Assembly (NCBI RefSeq): GCF_000757865.1
Contig: NZ_CP007754.1
Coordinates: 930,001 to 962,000, forward strand
Direction: 5' to 3'
DNA length: 32,000 nucleotides
Origin: Prochlorococcus sp. MIT 0801
Lineage (GTDB): Bacteria; Cyanobacteriota; Cyanobacteriia; PCC-6307; Cyanobiaceae
The position numbers and the translations under genes are program-made. The notes below the pieces were generated by a model, which saw nothing but the letters and a program-made list of their open reading frames with translations, was not told where the DNA came from and searched no databases. Positions within the stretch are counted from its first letter, which is position 1. Each line of letters opens with the position of its first letter. This document shows, one piece after another, positions 16,272 through 26,276 of the stretch.

Positions 16272-16568
16272 ATGATTCTTACCCTTATTTTCACAACATT
16301 TGTCACGGTATTTCTAGCTGAAATGGGCGACAAAACTCAATTAACAACTATAACTCTAAGTAGTACAACTAATAAACCATTAGCAGTATTTATTGGCTCG
16401 TCATTAGCTCTCATATCAGCTACGCTTTTAGGAGCTTTGGCAGGTGGGTCTATTGCTAATCTCATTCCTGCCTATTTACTTAAACTACTTTCAGGATTGG
16501 TATTCTTAATTATAGGTATTAACCTCTTAGTCGAGATCAAAAAAGATGCAGCTAATGATAGATTATAA
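16272..16568 (+). CDS. UPF0016 (GDT1/TMEM165/PAM71-Mnx family) half-transporter, subunit 2
   Basis: A second copy of the signature (FLAEMGDKTQLTT) and three helices. It starts 4 nt after subunit 1. Confidence 0.8.
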   Translation: MILTLIFTTFVTVFLAEMGDKTQLTTITLSSTTNKPLAVFIGSSLALISATLLGALAGGSIANLIPAYLLKLLSGLVFLIIGINLLVEIKKDAANDRL

Positions 16569-16646
16569 ACTAAAATTTTTTTTAAATTTATAGTCTTTTT
16601 TTTTAAGACTCAAATCAATGAAATTAAATTAATTTGCCCCTTCATT

Positions 16647-18953
16647 ATGACATCAGTTCTAAAAATACTAGAAAGTCTAGATCATGAGGATGGATTAGAT
16701 GTTGACAAGCTTGAGAAAGCCTTAAAAATCACTAAAAAATTTGATAAAGATAGCTTAAATATAGTAATCAAAGCGCTTACAAAACTTGGTATAGTTCAAA
16801 ATATTATTGACGATAAACTGACGCTAAATAATGAAATTGATTTTTTGCAAGGTAGGGTGCGTTGTAGTAGTAAAGGTTATTGTTTTGTTGTTAGAGAAGA
16901 TCAAGGTGAAGATATTTATATCAGAGAAGCTAATTTGAATAATGCCTGGCATGGCGATTTTGTAATTGTTTTAATCACAAAGCAAGGAGTTAAAAGAAGA
17001 GCACCTGAAGGAAAGATACAATGTGTTCTTCAAAGATATAATGAAACATTGCTGGCTAAGGTAGAGCCAGACAAATTATCTGGAGCATTAAAGGCTTTCC
17101 CTTTAGATGACAGAATACCAATAACAATTGAACTTGATAATGCAAACAAAAGTAATAAAAAATATCCAGATAAAGATTTAATTTATGAAATAAAGATTAC
17201 TAAATATCCAATTGCACAATTTAATGCTCAAGGTTCAATAGTAAGAGAATTATCACTAAGTGCAGGAGTTGAAGGAGATATTGAGTTACTACTTTCCAAA
17301 AATAATATATCTAGAAGTTATGTACCACCCAAAGTTGCTCCCAAGAAAATCACTTCAAAAGGAAGAGAAGATTTAACGGCTCAACCCTCATTATTATTTG
17401 AAAGTTGGGAATCTAGCAATTCTCCATCCCTTCCTGGATTATATGCAGAACCCTATGAAGGTGGGAATAGAATATGGATTCATGTACCTACTATTTCAGA
17501 AAGATTAAATTTAGGTGGGAAACTAGATAAATATCTTAAAGACAAAGGAGAAATAATTTGTTTAGGAAACAACTGGCTAGAGTTCCTTAATGAATCACTG
17601 AGATCAGCATCTCAATTTAAAATAAATGAAAAATGTGAAGCAATTTCATTAATGATAGATATAAGTGCCGATGGAAATATAAATGATTGGAAATTTACAC
17701 TCAGTATTATTAAACCTGTAAAAATTATTTTACCTAAACACCTGAAAGCTATAAACAATAGAAAATCTACATCTAAGTCAATCCCAATTTCTCTCAAAGG
17801 CATTAAAGACAATTTAGAAGTCGTTTATACTCTTTTACATTCAGCAAAAATAATCACTAATAACAACTGTATATCTATAAAATTAGATGAGTATATTCCT
17901 AATTTGGAAAGATTAGGCGAATTAGTAAAAACTATTCCTGGAAGGGACTTTCATGGATGGTCTAAAACCTATGATAGTTGTGATTCACAATCACTGATAG
18001 ATGTTTATATTAGACTTTCAAATAATATACTTTCTAGACATTTAATAGGTTATAAATTACCATTTATTTATAAACAATACGAAGAAATTGATCAATCATC
18101 TATAAATGAATTAACTAAATCAGCTTTAGCATTAGACAAAAAATTAATAGTTAATGCCGATGGAACAGTAACCTCTACTGAATTAATAAGGTCATTTGAA
18201 TCAAGTAATGAAAAGAAAATCTTGCATAAACTTGTTAAACATATGATTCCTGGTATTCATTTAAAACTCAATAAAATTTTTCCAAATGAGAATGTGGATT
18301 TAAATTATGAATTATCCCCTAACAATATTGAATCTCCTTGGTGTTGTCCAACTTTAAATTACTGGAATATTTTTAATCAGTTTATAATAAGCTCACTTTT
18401 ATCTGATGGTAAAAATAAATCTACAAGCCGAAGTAAAGATACTGTTGATTTAGGTAAAAAAGACAGCTGGAGAGATGTCAACTGGGAGATATTTCCTACA
18501 AAATTAAAGGAAAATATTGATAAGCATTCAAATTTAAGATTAGTTCAAGATTTAAATGAAATTAGAAAAAAATCTAAATCATTTAGAAACAACATAATTT
18601 CAATTGCTCAAGGAAGGGAGGCCCAGAAAATTATAGGTCAAGAGGTAACAGCTATTATTACAGGAGTTCAAAGTTATGGTTTTTTTGCGGAAATAGACGA
18701 TATAACCGCTGAAGGATTAGTTCATGTAAGTACTTTGGGTGACGATTGGTACGAATATAGATCTAGACAGAACCTTTTAGTAGGTAGAAAGAATAAAAAA
18801 ACTTATCAACTTGCACAAAAAATCAATGTCAGGGTTTTAAAAGTTGACATTCTTAAAAATCAAATTGACTTGGAGCTTGTAAAGGAAACAGAAACAGAAA
18901 CAGAAACAGAAACTATAAATAGTACTAAAGTTGTATCTGATAACTATGAATAA
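16647..18953 (+). CDS. RNase R/II-family protein (HTH - cold-shock-like - RNB - S1 architecture) with a degenerate RNB active site
   Basis: The N-terminus is winged-helix-like, a cold-shock-like segment follows (GRVRCSSKGYCFVV), and an RNB-like core is present (IWIHVPTISERL, AISLMIDISADGNI). The C-terminal S1 domain is clear (GQEVTAIITGVQSYGFFAEIDDITAEGLVHVSTL). The catalytic Asp cluster and the SPIRRY motif are not recognisable. Confidence 0.75.
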   Translation: MTSVLKILESLDHEDGLDVDKLEKALKITKKFDKDSLNIVIKALTKLGIVQNIIDDKLTLNNEIDFLQGRVRCSSKGYCFVVREDQGEDIYIREANLNNAWHGDFVIVLITKQGVKRRAPEGKIQCVLQRYNETLLAKVEPDKLSGALKAFPLDDRIPITIELDNANKSNKKYPDKDLIYEIKITKYPIAQFNAQGSIVRELSLSAGVEGDIELLLSKNNISRSYVPPKVAPKKITSKGREDLTAQPSLLFESWESSNSPSLPGLYAEPYEGGNRIWIHVPTISERLNLGGKLDKYLKDKGEIICLGNNWLEFLNESLRSASQFKINEKCEAISLMIDISADGNINDWKFTLSIIKPVKIILPKHLKAINNRKSTSKSIPISLKGIKDNLEVVYTLLHSAKIITNNNCISIKLDEYIPNLERLGELVKTIPGRDFHGWSKTYDSCDSQSLIDVYIRLSNNILSRHLIGYKLPFIYKQYEEIDQSSINELTKSALALDKKLIVNADGTVTSTELIRSFESSNEKKILHKLVKHMIPGIHLKLNKIFPNENVDLNYELSPNNIESPWCCPTLNYWNIFNQFIISSLLSDGKNKSTSRSKDTVDLGKKDSWRDVNWEIFPTKLKENIDKHSNLRLVQDLNEIRKKSKSFRNNIISIAQGREAQKIIGQEVTAIITGVQSYGFFAEIDDITAEGLVHVSTLGDDWYEYRSRQNLLVGRKNKKTYQLAQKINVRVLKVDILKNQIDLELVKETETETETETINSTKVVSDNYE
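18885..18914 (+). repeat. Hexanucleotide microsatellite (GAAACA)x4 plus a partial fifth unit, encoding ETETETET in the C-terminal tail of the RNase R-like protein
   Basis: Read directly: gaaaca gaaaca gaaaca gaaaca gaaact. Confidence 0.9.
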
Positions 18954-19562
18954 ATGAATAGTATTGTGATTGCAATTACTGGAGCCTCAGCTATGCAAAT
19001 AGCAGAGCGCTCAATACAGGTATTGCTAGAAAATGATCAATCAGTAGATTTAATCCTCAGTAAAGGTTCATATGAAGTGGCCAAAAGTGAACGTGGTATT
19101 AATATTCCTGTTGAACCAAATGCCCAAAGAGAATTTTGGAGAAGTAAACTTGACGTTAAATCAGGTAAATTAACTTGTTATAGATGGAATGATCATTCAG
19201 CATCAATTGCAAGTGGTAGTCATAAGACAAAGGGTATGGTGATTGTTCCTTGTTCTATGGGGACGTTGGGAAGAATAGCATCAGGATTTTCACTAGATTT
19301 AATAGAAAGATGTGCCGATGTTCACTTAAAAGAGAATAGGCGACTAATTATATCTCCAAGGGAAACACCATTAAATTTAATCCATATTGAAAACATAAAA
19401 CGTCTAGCCACTGCTGGGGCATCAATTGTGCCTCCAATTCCAGCTTGGTATACCAACCCAAAAACTATTGAAGATATTATAGATTTTATTGTAGTTAGAT
19501 TGTTTGATTCACTTGGGGAGGATTTAAATTATATTAAAAGATGGAGTGGTCCCATTAAATGA
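18954..19562 (+). CDS. ubiX: Flavin prenyltransferase UbiX (Pad1 family)
   Basis: ITGASAMQIAERSIQVLL and VIVPCSMGTLGRIASG are characteristic of the UbiX/Pad1 flavoprotein family. The ATG immediately follows the upstream TAA. Confidence 0.85.
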   Translation: MNSIVIAITGASAMQIAERSIQVLLENDQSVDLILSKGSYEVAKSERGINIPVEPNAQREFWRSKLDVKSGKLTCYRWNDHSASIASGSHKTKGMVIVPCSMGTLGRIASGFSLDLIERCADVHLKENRRLIISPRETPLNLIHIENIKRLATAGASIVPPIPAWYTNPKTIEDIIDFIVVRLFDSLGEDLNYIKRWSGPIK

Positions 19563-20113
19563 AGTTTAGTAATTTAATTAAAGCTACTCCATTCTTATCT
19601 ACATTATTATTAATAATCTTTCTCTGTGTAAGTAATCAAAAGGAATACACAAAAATAAGAATATTAATTTGGAACACACCATCTTTAACTTTAGGAAATT
19701 ATCTTGCAATATCAACAGGAACTGGTTTTATTCTCTCTTATTTTATAACAACAAGACTTGGAAAGGCAATTCAAATAACACAAAAACCAACTCTAGGATA
19801 TAAAGAAGAAGATAAGTATGAAGAGGTTAGTGAAGACGAGGAGACTGTATTTAATAAAGATCAACCATATAATAATGCTCTAATAGAGCGAGACATTAAA
19901 GATCCATCACCAACAATAAATGCAAGCTTTAGGGTAATAGGAAGGAAAGAAAGAAGAAGTTTCAATCACGAAAAATCTAATATTGATGATTCTCAATATG
20001 AAGGCTCTTTAGAATATGAGGATTTTGATGATCAATCTGTCAAAAATAAAAGTATCAATCAACCTAACTCAATAGTAGGTGACTGGGATGATGAAAATTA
20101 TTCAGCATGGTAA
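19559..20113 (+). CDS. Hypothetical membrane protein (two N-terminal helices, possibly LapA/DUF1049-like, with an acidic C-terminal tail)
   Basis: ORF-track entry. The start overlaps the ubiX stop (ATGA). Hydrophobic helices are at the N-terminus and the remainder is Asp/Glu-rich. Confidence 0.6.
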   Translation: MKFSNLIKATPFLSTLLLIIFLCVSNQKEYTKIRILIWNTPSLTLGNYLAISTGTGFILSYFITTRLGKAIQITQKPTLGYKEEDKYEEVSEDEETVFNKDQPYNNALIERDIKDPSPTINASFRVIGRKERRSFNHEKSNIDDSQYEGSLEYEDFDDQSVKNKSINQPNSIVGDWDDENYSAW

Positions 20114-20186
20114 ACGATAATCTAAACAATATTTTTAATCAATAATATCTTAACAACGAACCATATTAATTTGCTAAAATAAAAAA

Positions 20187-20738
20187 ATGGAAAATCAAGA
20201 ACCCACCAACGAAATAGCTTCAAGGAAACAAGTAACTAAGTCTCAATCAGATACTTTAGATAAGATTGAACCTGTTTCTGATGACAAAAAAGATTCAAAT
20301 ACATTAGACAAACCAGAAATATCCTCTTCAATAAATAAAAATGCACCTGGAATCTCTAAAAAACCAGCAAAGCCACCCAAGCTAGAGGATAAACCCTTTA
20401 AAGACTTTATAAGTAACCACCTGATACCTAGATTAAAGGAATCAATTGAAGATAAAGGATCATTAGTAAGTGAAATTAAATTAATAGAGGGCAATAGACC
20501 AGTTGTAGGAGGAAATTGCTGGATGGTTTTTTGTGAATTGTCTGAGCAAAGAAAATTCTGGCTTTGTTTTAGCAAAGACATAATAACCTCAGATAAAACT
20601 ATATTATTAGCTGAGTCAAATTCAGATCCAAGTATTGTTGAATCATTTTTAATTGACGAGAAGAAGACTACACTACCTTTACTAATTTCTCGAGTTCTTC
20701 AAAGATTAAATGGTCAGAAATGGATTGGTGCTAATTAA
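20187..20738 (+). CDS. Conserved hypothetical protein (possibly the DUF2996 family found in cyanobacteria and plastids)
   Basis: ORF-track entry with a Lys/Pro/Ser-rich N-terminal third followed by a globular-looking domain (KPFKDFISNHLIPRLKESIEDKG..). The family name is tentative. Confidence 0.6.
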   Translation: MENQEPTNEIASRKQVTKSQSDTLDKIEPVSDDKKDSNTLDKPEISSSINKNAPGISKKPAKPPKLEDKPFKDFISNHLIPRLKESIEDKGSLVSEIKLIEGNRPVVGGNCWMVFCELSEQRKFWLCFSKDIITSDKTILLAESNSDPSIVESFLIDEKKTTLPLLISRVLQRLNGQKWIGAN

Positions 20739-20872
20739 ATATAAGCTATTAATTAATTAACTAAAATTCCTTCTTTATTAATTAGTTAATAATTAATAAC
20801 AATAATTATGTCCTAGTAATATTCAAATACGCAGTTAAGCCAATCAAATGCCATAATGTAAAAAAAAAAAAA

Positions 20873-22318
20873 TTGACTAATTCATTACTAATTAAAGAAA
20901 GTGAAAATTTACTGTTCCATACTTTTGACGAACAATTAAAACCTCAAGTTGAAGAATTACTTTCTCTGGGCAAATCCGCTGGAGCGGACCTAGTAGAAGT
21001 CTTTCTGGAAAAATCGGATAACATCTCCCTCTTGGCTGAGCAGGATGATATTTCAAATGTAAGTCCATCTTTTGGTATAGGAGCAGGTATTAGGGTATTT
21101 CTTGGAAAAAAAGATGGTTTTGTAAGCACAAATGATTTAACAAAATCAGGACTTCTCTTTGCCTTAAATCAAGCCCTTGGAATGTTAGGCCTCGCAATTG
21201 GTTCAAGAAATAATGACAAGTTTGAAGGCTTAAAGGATTTAAAGGATTTTGGATCAAAGAAGAATGATTGGTTAGGTCACTCGCCAGATCTAAATGAATC
21301 CACTCTTAAACTGCTAGAAGCCACAAACTCACTAGCAGATAAAAATAAAAATCTTCATGTAAGAAGAGCGAGTTATTCAAGGAATTGGCAAGAAGTTCTT
21401 GTTGCAGCTTCAGACGGTGTATTTTCAAGAGATATCCGTCTTCATCAAACTGTTGGTATAAATGTTATTGCCCAAAAAGATAAACACAGATCGACCTCTG
21501 CTAGAAGATATGGAAGTTCTGGTAATCCTGACGATTTAAGAAACTGGGATATAGAAAAAAGTTCTTGTGAATTAAATGAAAGTGCTCAAAATATGCTTTA
21601 CGCAGGATTTGTTGAAGCTGGGCAAATGCCTGTGGTTCTCGCTAATAAATTTGGTGGAGTTATATTCCATGAAGCTTGTGGTCATCTACTTGAAACAACT
21701 CAATTAGAGAGAGGAACATCTCCATTTCATGACTCAATAAATAAGCAAATTGCTAACGAAGCCGTAAGTGCAGTTGATGAAGGACTTTCGAATCATGCTT
21801 TTGGGTCACTCTCAATGGATGACGAAGGAATGGAACCTCAAAACACTTTATTAATTGAGAATGGGATATTAAAAAAGTTTCTTTCGGATAGAGCTGGCTC
21901 TCTAAGAACTGGTCATCCAAGAACAGGAAGTGGAAGGAGGCAAAATTTCTCTTTCGCTGCTGCAAGTCGTATGAGAAATACATATATTAAGCAAGGTAAT
22001 TATTCTCCAGAAGAATTAATTAAAAGTGTTGATGATGGTCTTTATTGTAAATCAATGGGCGGAGGCAGTGTCGGACCAACTGGTCAGTTTAACTTCTCTG
22101 TTGAAGAAGGCTATTTAATAAAAAATGGAAAACTTGATAAACCAGTTAAAGGTGCAACATTAATTGGTGAAGCAAAAGAAATACTTCCCAGAATTTCAAT
22201 GTGCGCAAATGATTTAGATCTCGCTGCAGGCTTTTGTGGGTCAGTAAGTGGAAGTGTAAATGTTACTGTTGGCCAACCACATATCAAAGTAGACTCCATA
22301 ACAGTAGGAGGTAGATAA
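20873..22318 (+). CDS. tldD: TldD-family metalloprotease
   Basis: The HEACGH zinc motif (GGVIFHEACGHLLE), the GSGRRQ segment and the glycine-rich C-terminus are typical of TldD. The track start is TTG. Confidence 0.88.
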   Translation: MTNSLLIKESENLLFHTFDEQLKPQVEELLSLGKSAGADLVEVFLEKSDNISLLAEQDDISNVSPSFGIGAGIRVFLGKKDGFVSTNDLTKSGLLFALNQALGMLGLAIGSRNNDKFEGLKDLKDFGSKKNDWLGHSPDLNESTLKLLEATNSLADKNKNLHVRRASYSRNWQEVLVAASDGVFSRDIRLHQTVGINVIAQKDKHRSTSARRYGSSGNPDDLRNWDIEKSSCELNESAQNMLYAGFVEAGQMPVVLANKFGGVIFHEACGHLLETTQLERGTSPFHDSINKQIANEAVSAVDEGLSNHAFGSLSMDDEGMEPQNTLLIENGILKKFLSDRAGSLRTGHPRTGSGRRQNFSFAAASRMRNTYIKQGNYSPEELIKSVDDGLYCKSMGGGSVGPTGQFNFSVEEGYLIKNGKLDKPVKGATLIGEAKEILPRISMCANDLDLAAGFCGSVSGSVNVTVGQPHIKVDSITVGGR

Positions 22319-22319
22319 A

Positions 22320-23708
22320 ATGAATGAATCAATAACTAATCCTAAAATAAGTAAGTTAGATCCAATTATATTGAAGAAACTTTTAGAAAAATACAGTGAA
22401 GAGTTATCTATTAGTAAATGGGATATGGGTGCATCATCCAGTAGAGATATATCTGTTCAGGTTCAGCAAGGAAATGCAAAACAACTAAAAGGTTCCCAAA
22501 GAAATTCTATGACCTTAAGAGTATGGAATAAAAACAATCAAGTAGGAATTACTAGTACATCCGACCTGACTAGTAAAGGCATTAAAAAAGCAATGAAAGG
22601 AGCAATTGAAGCTAGCCTTTTTGGTAATGAAAAGGAATCTCCTGAGTTCTCCTCATTATCTAAATCAGAATTAGCAGAAATTAATCCTGAAATTTCTAAA
22701 TCTCATACAATTGATCAATTACTTAGTATTTTAAAAAACGCTGAAAAACAATTAATTAATACTCATAAGTCAATAGATTCTGTGCCTTATAATGGATTAA
22801 ATGAAAGTTATATGGAGAGAATATATATTAATAGTGAAGGTGCTAATAGATATATGAATTTATCACAATCTTCTATATACTTGTATGCCAAGGCTGAGGA
22901 AGAAAATAAAAAACCCCGAAGTGCAGGGGGGATAAGAATAAACTCTAATTTAGAAGAACTTGATATTGATTCTTGTATAAGCGAAACGTCAGATAAGTTA
23001 ATTAGTCATTTAGATTATAAATCAATAGAAACCAACAAATATCTTGTTTGTTTTACTCCTGATGCTTTTCTTCAACTAATAAGTGCATTTAGTTCAATGT
23101 TTAATGCACGATCTATTATTGATGGTCTAAGTTTAATGAACGAAGACTCACTAGGTAATCAAATTTCAGTCGCAAATTTAAACATAAGTGACGAAGGTCT
23201 TCATCCTAAAAATGTTGGAGCTTTTAGTTTTGATGGTGAAGGAACTCCAACACAAAATATCCAATTGGTCACAAATGGTATTTTGACTCAACTACTTCAC
23301 TCAGAGGCAACCGCAAGGAAATTTGGTGTTAGACCTACAGGGCATGCTGGTTTAGGCGCTAAGGTATCCGTTTCTCCAGATTGGCTAGTCGTAAGCAAAA
23401 GTGAATCTGAATTGGATAAAGATGAAAGCCTAAGTATTAAAAATACAAACAAAGAATACATTTTGATAGATGAGTTATCTGCGATTCATTCTGGAGTCAA
23501 AGCTAGTCAAGGCTCTTTCTCCTTGCCCTTTGATGGCTGGTTAGTTAATGAGGGAAAAAAGACATCAATTGAAGCCGCTACAGTTGCTGGAGATATCTTA
23601 AAAGTCTTATCAACTATTGTAAAAATTGAAAATGAACAGATAGTTACACATCAAGGTATCAGCCCCCATGTTTGGGTTGAAAACATGTCAATTACTGGGG
23701 AAGCGTGA
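22320..23708 (+). CDS. pmbA: PmbA/TldE-family protein (partner of TldD)
   Basis: It shows PmbA_TldD-fold similarity without an HExxxH motif, starts 1 nt after the tldD stop, and has a typical length (462 aa). Confidence 0.8.
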   Translation: MNESITNPKISKLDPIILKKLLEKYSEELSISKWDMGASSSRDISVQVQQGNAKQLKGSQRNSMTLRVWNKNNQVGITSTSDLTSKGIKKAMKGAIEASLFGNEKESPEFSSLSKSELAEINPEISKSHTIDQLLSILKNAEKQLINTHKSIDSVPYNGLNESYMERIYINSEGANRYMNLSQSSIYLYAKAEEENKKPRSAGGIRINSNLEELDIDSCISETSDKLISHLDYKSIETNKYLVCFTPDAFLQLISAFSSMFNARSIIDGLSLMNEDSLGNQISVANLNISDEGLHPKNVGAFSFDGEGTPTQNIQLVTNGILTQLLHSEATARKFGVRPTGHAGLGAKVSVSPDWLVVSKSESELDKDESLSIKNTNKEYILIDELSAIHSGVKASQGSFSLPFDGWLVNEGKKTSIEAATVAGDILKVLSTIVKIENEQIVTHQGISPHVWVENMSITGEA

Positions 23709-24715
23709 AGATAGTTTTCTGGGGAACGCCTAAATATGCTGCTGAAAATTTAAACAGCATTGTTAAGGCGGGACACGAAGTTATAGCTGTAGTTACACAA
23801 CCAGACAAAAAGCGAGGACGGGGAAAAAGTTTGTCACCATCCCCAGTGAAAGAAGCTGCTGAAGATCTATCTATTCCTGTCTATTCAACATATTCAATAA
23901 GTAAAGATCAAAAAACAAAAGAGATACTTATAAATTTGAAAGCTGATGTTTATCTAGTTGTAGCTTTTGGTCAAATTCTTCCAAAAGAAATATTAGATCA
24001 GCCAAATCTTGGATGCTGGAATAGCCACGCTTCTCTGCTTCCTGCTTGGAGAGGAGCAGCTCCAATTCAGTGGAGCATAATTAATGATGATGCCAAGACA
24101 GGTGTTTGTATTATGTCAATGGAAGAAGGCTTAGATACAGGACCAGTTATTGAACAAGAATCAACAATTATAAAAGATACAGATAATCTTGAGATACTTA
24201 CTAATAGACTATCGATAATGTCATCAAAACTTTTACTTATATCACTTGAAAAAATAAAGCTAACCAAAGGATTAAACAAATCATCAAGACTTAATCAATT
24301 GAATGCTATTCCCCAGACAAAATTAAAGGGTACTCCAAGTTATGCAAGACAAATAACAAAGGAAGACAATTTAATAGATTGGAATCAAAAAGCAAGAAAG
24401 ATTATAAAAAAAATTAAGGGTTTATACCCAAATGCATATACATATTACAATTCTAAAAGAATAAAGATTTTAGAAGTATTTATATCTTTTGACAAAAATC
24501 AATCTAAAGAAAGTCAAGATATAAAAAGTCAATCAAATAAACATATTATACCTGGAGAAATAGTAATGATAAATAAAAAAAATGGTTTAAAAATCATGAC
24601 AAAAGATTATCCTATTATAATCAAATATGCACAGTTAGAAGGCAAAAAGCCAACAGACGGTTATACGCTATCAATCCAAACAAATTTTAGCATTAATGAC
24701 AAACTTGGAGTCTAA
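23705..24715 (+). CDS. fmt: Methionyl-tRNA formyltransferase
   Basis: [11 protein letters not shown] at the N-terminus, the [15 protein letters not shown] catalytic motif, and a GTG start overlapping the pmbA stop (GTGA). Confidence 0.9.
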   Translation: MKIVFWGTPKYAAENLNSIVKAGHEVIAVVTQPDKKRGRGKSLSPSPVKEAAEDLSIPVYSTYSISKDQKTKEILINLKADVYLVVAFGQILPKEILDQPNLGCWNSHASLLPAWRGAAPIQWSIINDDAKTGVCIMSMEEGLDTGPVIEQESTIIKDTDNLEILTNRLSIMSSKLLLISLEKIKLTKGLNKSSRLNQLNAIPQTKLKGTPSYARQITKEDNLIDWNQKARKIIKKIKGLYPNAYTYYNSKRIKILEVFISFDKNQSKESQDIKSQSNKHIIPGEIVMINKKNGLKIMTKDYPIIIKYAQLEGKKPTDGYTLSIQTNFSINDKLGV

Positions 24716-25434
24716 ATACTATTAATAGATGAATTCTTTTTTGAAAAGCCCCAAAGGAAAAGAAATAACATTACCAAGAAGAATAAATATTCAGGTATAA
24801 CTAATTTGTATAAAACTAATTGAATAATTAACTTTATTCCAATAAGTCCAACTGCAATATAACCAGCTTTTTCTAAATTAATATATATTTCCAGCCATTT
24901 AATAAATAGTCCAGATGTGAAACGTAATGCAATAACTCCAATAATTGCTCCAGTAATAACCAAAAGGAACTGATCGCTTATTGCTACGGCTGCGGTAATA
25001 CTATCTATAGAAAATGCTAAATCAGTTATTGACAATAAAAGAATAACCTTAAATAATGAAAAATTAGATTTATTACTGTCAACATCTATGTTTTTATCAG
25101 AATCATTATTTTTTAAAGATAAAAACTTTGAAATTGAAAGAGAAATCAAATAAATTCCACCAATAAGCTTAACTGGCCAAAAATTTAAGAAAAATTGCGC
25201 CGTAAGAATTACAAGTATTCTTAATAATAAAGCTATAAATATACCGATATTGAGTGCTTTTTTTTGAAGATTAATATTATTTAGATTCTTAGTTATTGAT
25301 GCAAGAGCCACTGCGTTGTCAGCTGATAATACAAGCTCTAATGAAACTATAACCGGCAAAAGAGGAGCTAGTTCAACCCATCTGTCAATACCGTCCAGTA
25401 AGGGGGTTAAGGATTTGAGAGATGCTGAATCCAT
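24712..25434 (-). CDS. TerC-family integral membrane protein
   Basis: Multiple transmembrane helices with the duplicated TerC signature ([10 protein letters not shown] and [14 protein letters not shown]). Its 3' end overlaps the fmt 3' end by 4 nt (convergent). Confidence 0.8.
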   Translation of the reverse strand: MDSASLKSLTPLLDGIDRWVELAPLLPVIVSLELVLSADNAVALASITKNLNNINLQKKALNIGIFIALLLRILVILTAQFFLNFWPVKLIGGIYLISLSISKFLSLKNNDSDKNIDVDSNKSNFSLFKVILLLSITDLAFSIDSITAAVAISDQFLLVITGAIIGVIALRFTSGLFIKWLEIYINLEKAGYIAVGLIGIKLIIQLVLYKLVIPEYLFFLVMLFLFLWGFSKKNSSINSI

Positions 25435-25520
25435 TAAATTACAGAAAAAGAGCTATTTATATTGACTGTTTGGTATATTTTAACTCTAATTATTCAATTC
25501 AGTGCTAAGTCAAAAGGGTT

Positions 25521-26213
25521 ATGAGAATCGAATCAAAGCTTTGCCACATATCAGAAAAAAAAGCTGTTGTTCAAGTAATTGGTTGGATTAATGACAGAAT
25601 TTTAGGAAGTGCTCTAGCCGAAGGGCCAACAGTAGAAGTGGCTGAAGATAAAGCCATATCAAGACTGAATAAAAGGATAAATGCAGTCACAAAAGATGAG
25701 CCAAGTATTAATACTAATAATGAACATAAAAGCAATACTCCATTAAGAATTGAACTTCCTAATAGTGAAAAAGTTGAATTACCTAAAAGAGAAAAGGCTG
25801 AGGACATTAATATCAATCAAGAGCCAAATGATTGGAGTAGCGAATTAACAGCGATAGATGCAGAAATTGAACGTCTAAAATGGTCTAGAGATGATGAAAT
25901 AAATTTCCTAGAAAAAACATTAGGTTACAATAATCGAAATAAAATAACTAGCTATACTGATATAGTGAAGTATCTAAGTCTACTAAAAAAGACTGATAAC
26001 AAGAATCCATTCAAAGTATCAAATGGGAATCTTAATACTTTAATAGAAGAGTCCGACATTATACTTAGGGATTTATCATGGGATCATAAACAAGGACGCG
26101 AATTTCTACAAAAGGAGTTTAATGTTTTATCTAGGAATGAACTTAATGAATCACAATTAGTATCATTTGTTGAGAAGCTAAAATTGATTCGAAATCAATA
26201 TCTAGGTCATTAA
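25521..26213 (+). CDS. Conserved hypothetical protein (230 aa)
   Basis: ORF-track entry. A globular-looking N-terminal roughly 55 aa is followed by a charged linker and a C-terminal helical domain. No family recognised. Confidence 0.6.
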   Translation: MRIESKLCHISEKKAVVQVIGWINDRILGSALAEGPTVEVAEDKAISRLNKRINAVTKDEPSINTNNEHKSNTPLRIELPNSEKVELPKREKAEDININQEPNDWSSELTAIDAEIERLKWSRDDEINFLEKTLGYNNRNKITSYTDIVKYLSLLKKTDNKNPFKVSNGNLNTLIEESDIILRDLSWDHKQGREFLQKEFNVLSRNELNESQLVSFVEKLKLIRNQYLGH

Positions 26214-26276
26214 GCCTTCTCAACAAGACTATTAAAATGTTATTGTTATTTCAATAAAAATAAGTAAAAAAAAATA

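Noticed and set aside
16592-16610. AGTCTT-T7-AAGACT hairpin after the UPF0016 pair as a terminator
   Set aside because: The stem is only 6 bp and AU-rich, the T-run forms the loop and not a trailing U-tract, and the downstream sequence is not T-rich. It is too weak to call.
17612-25816. Other short antisense ORFs from the track: 17612-17812, 20243-20581, 20944-21129, 21753-21983, 22111-22332, 24067-24279 and 25571-25816
   Set aside because: Each lies wholly inside, and antisense to, a longer ORF that has recognisable family motifs or is better supported. Such ORFs are expected by chance in AT-rich DNA with few stops in shadow frames.
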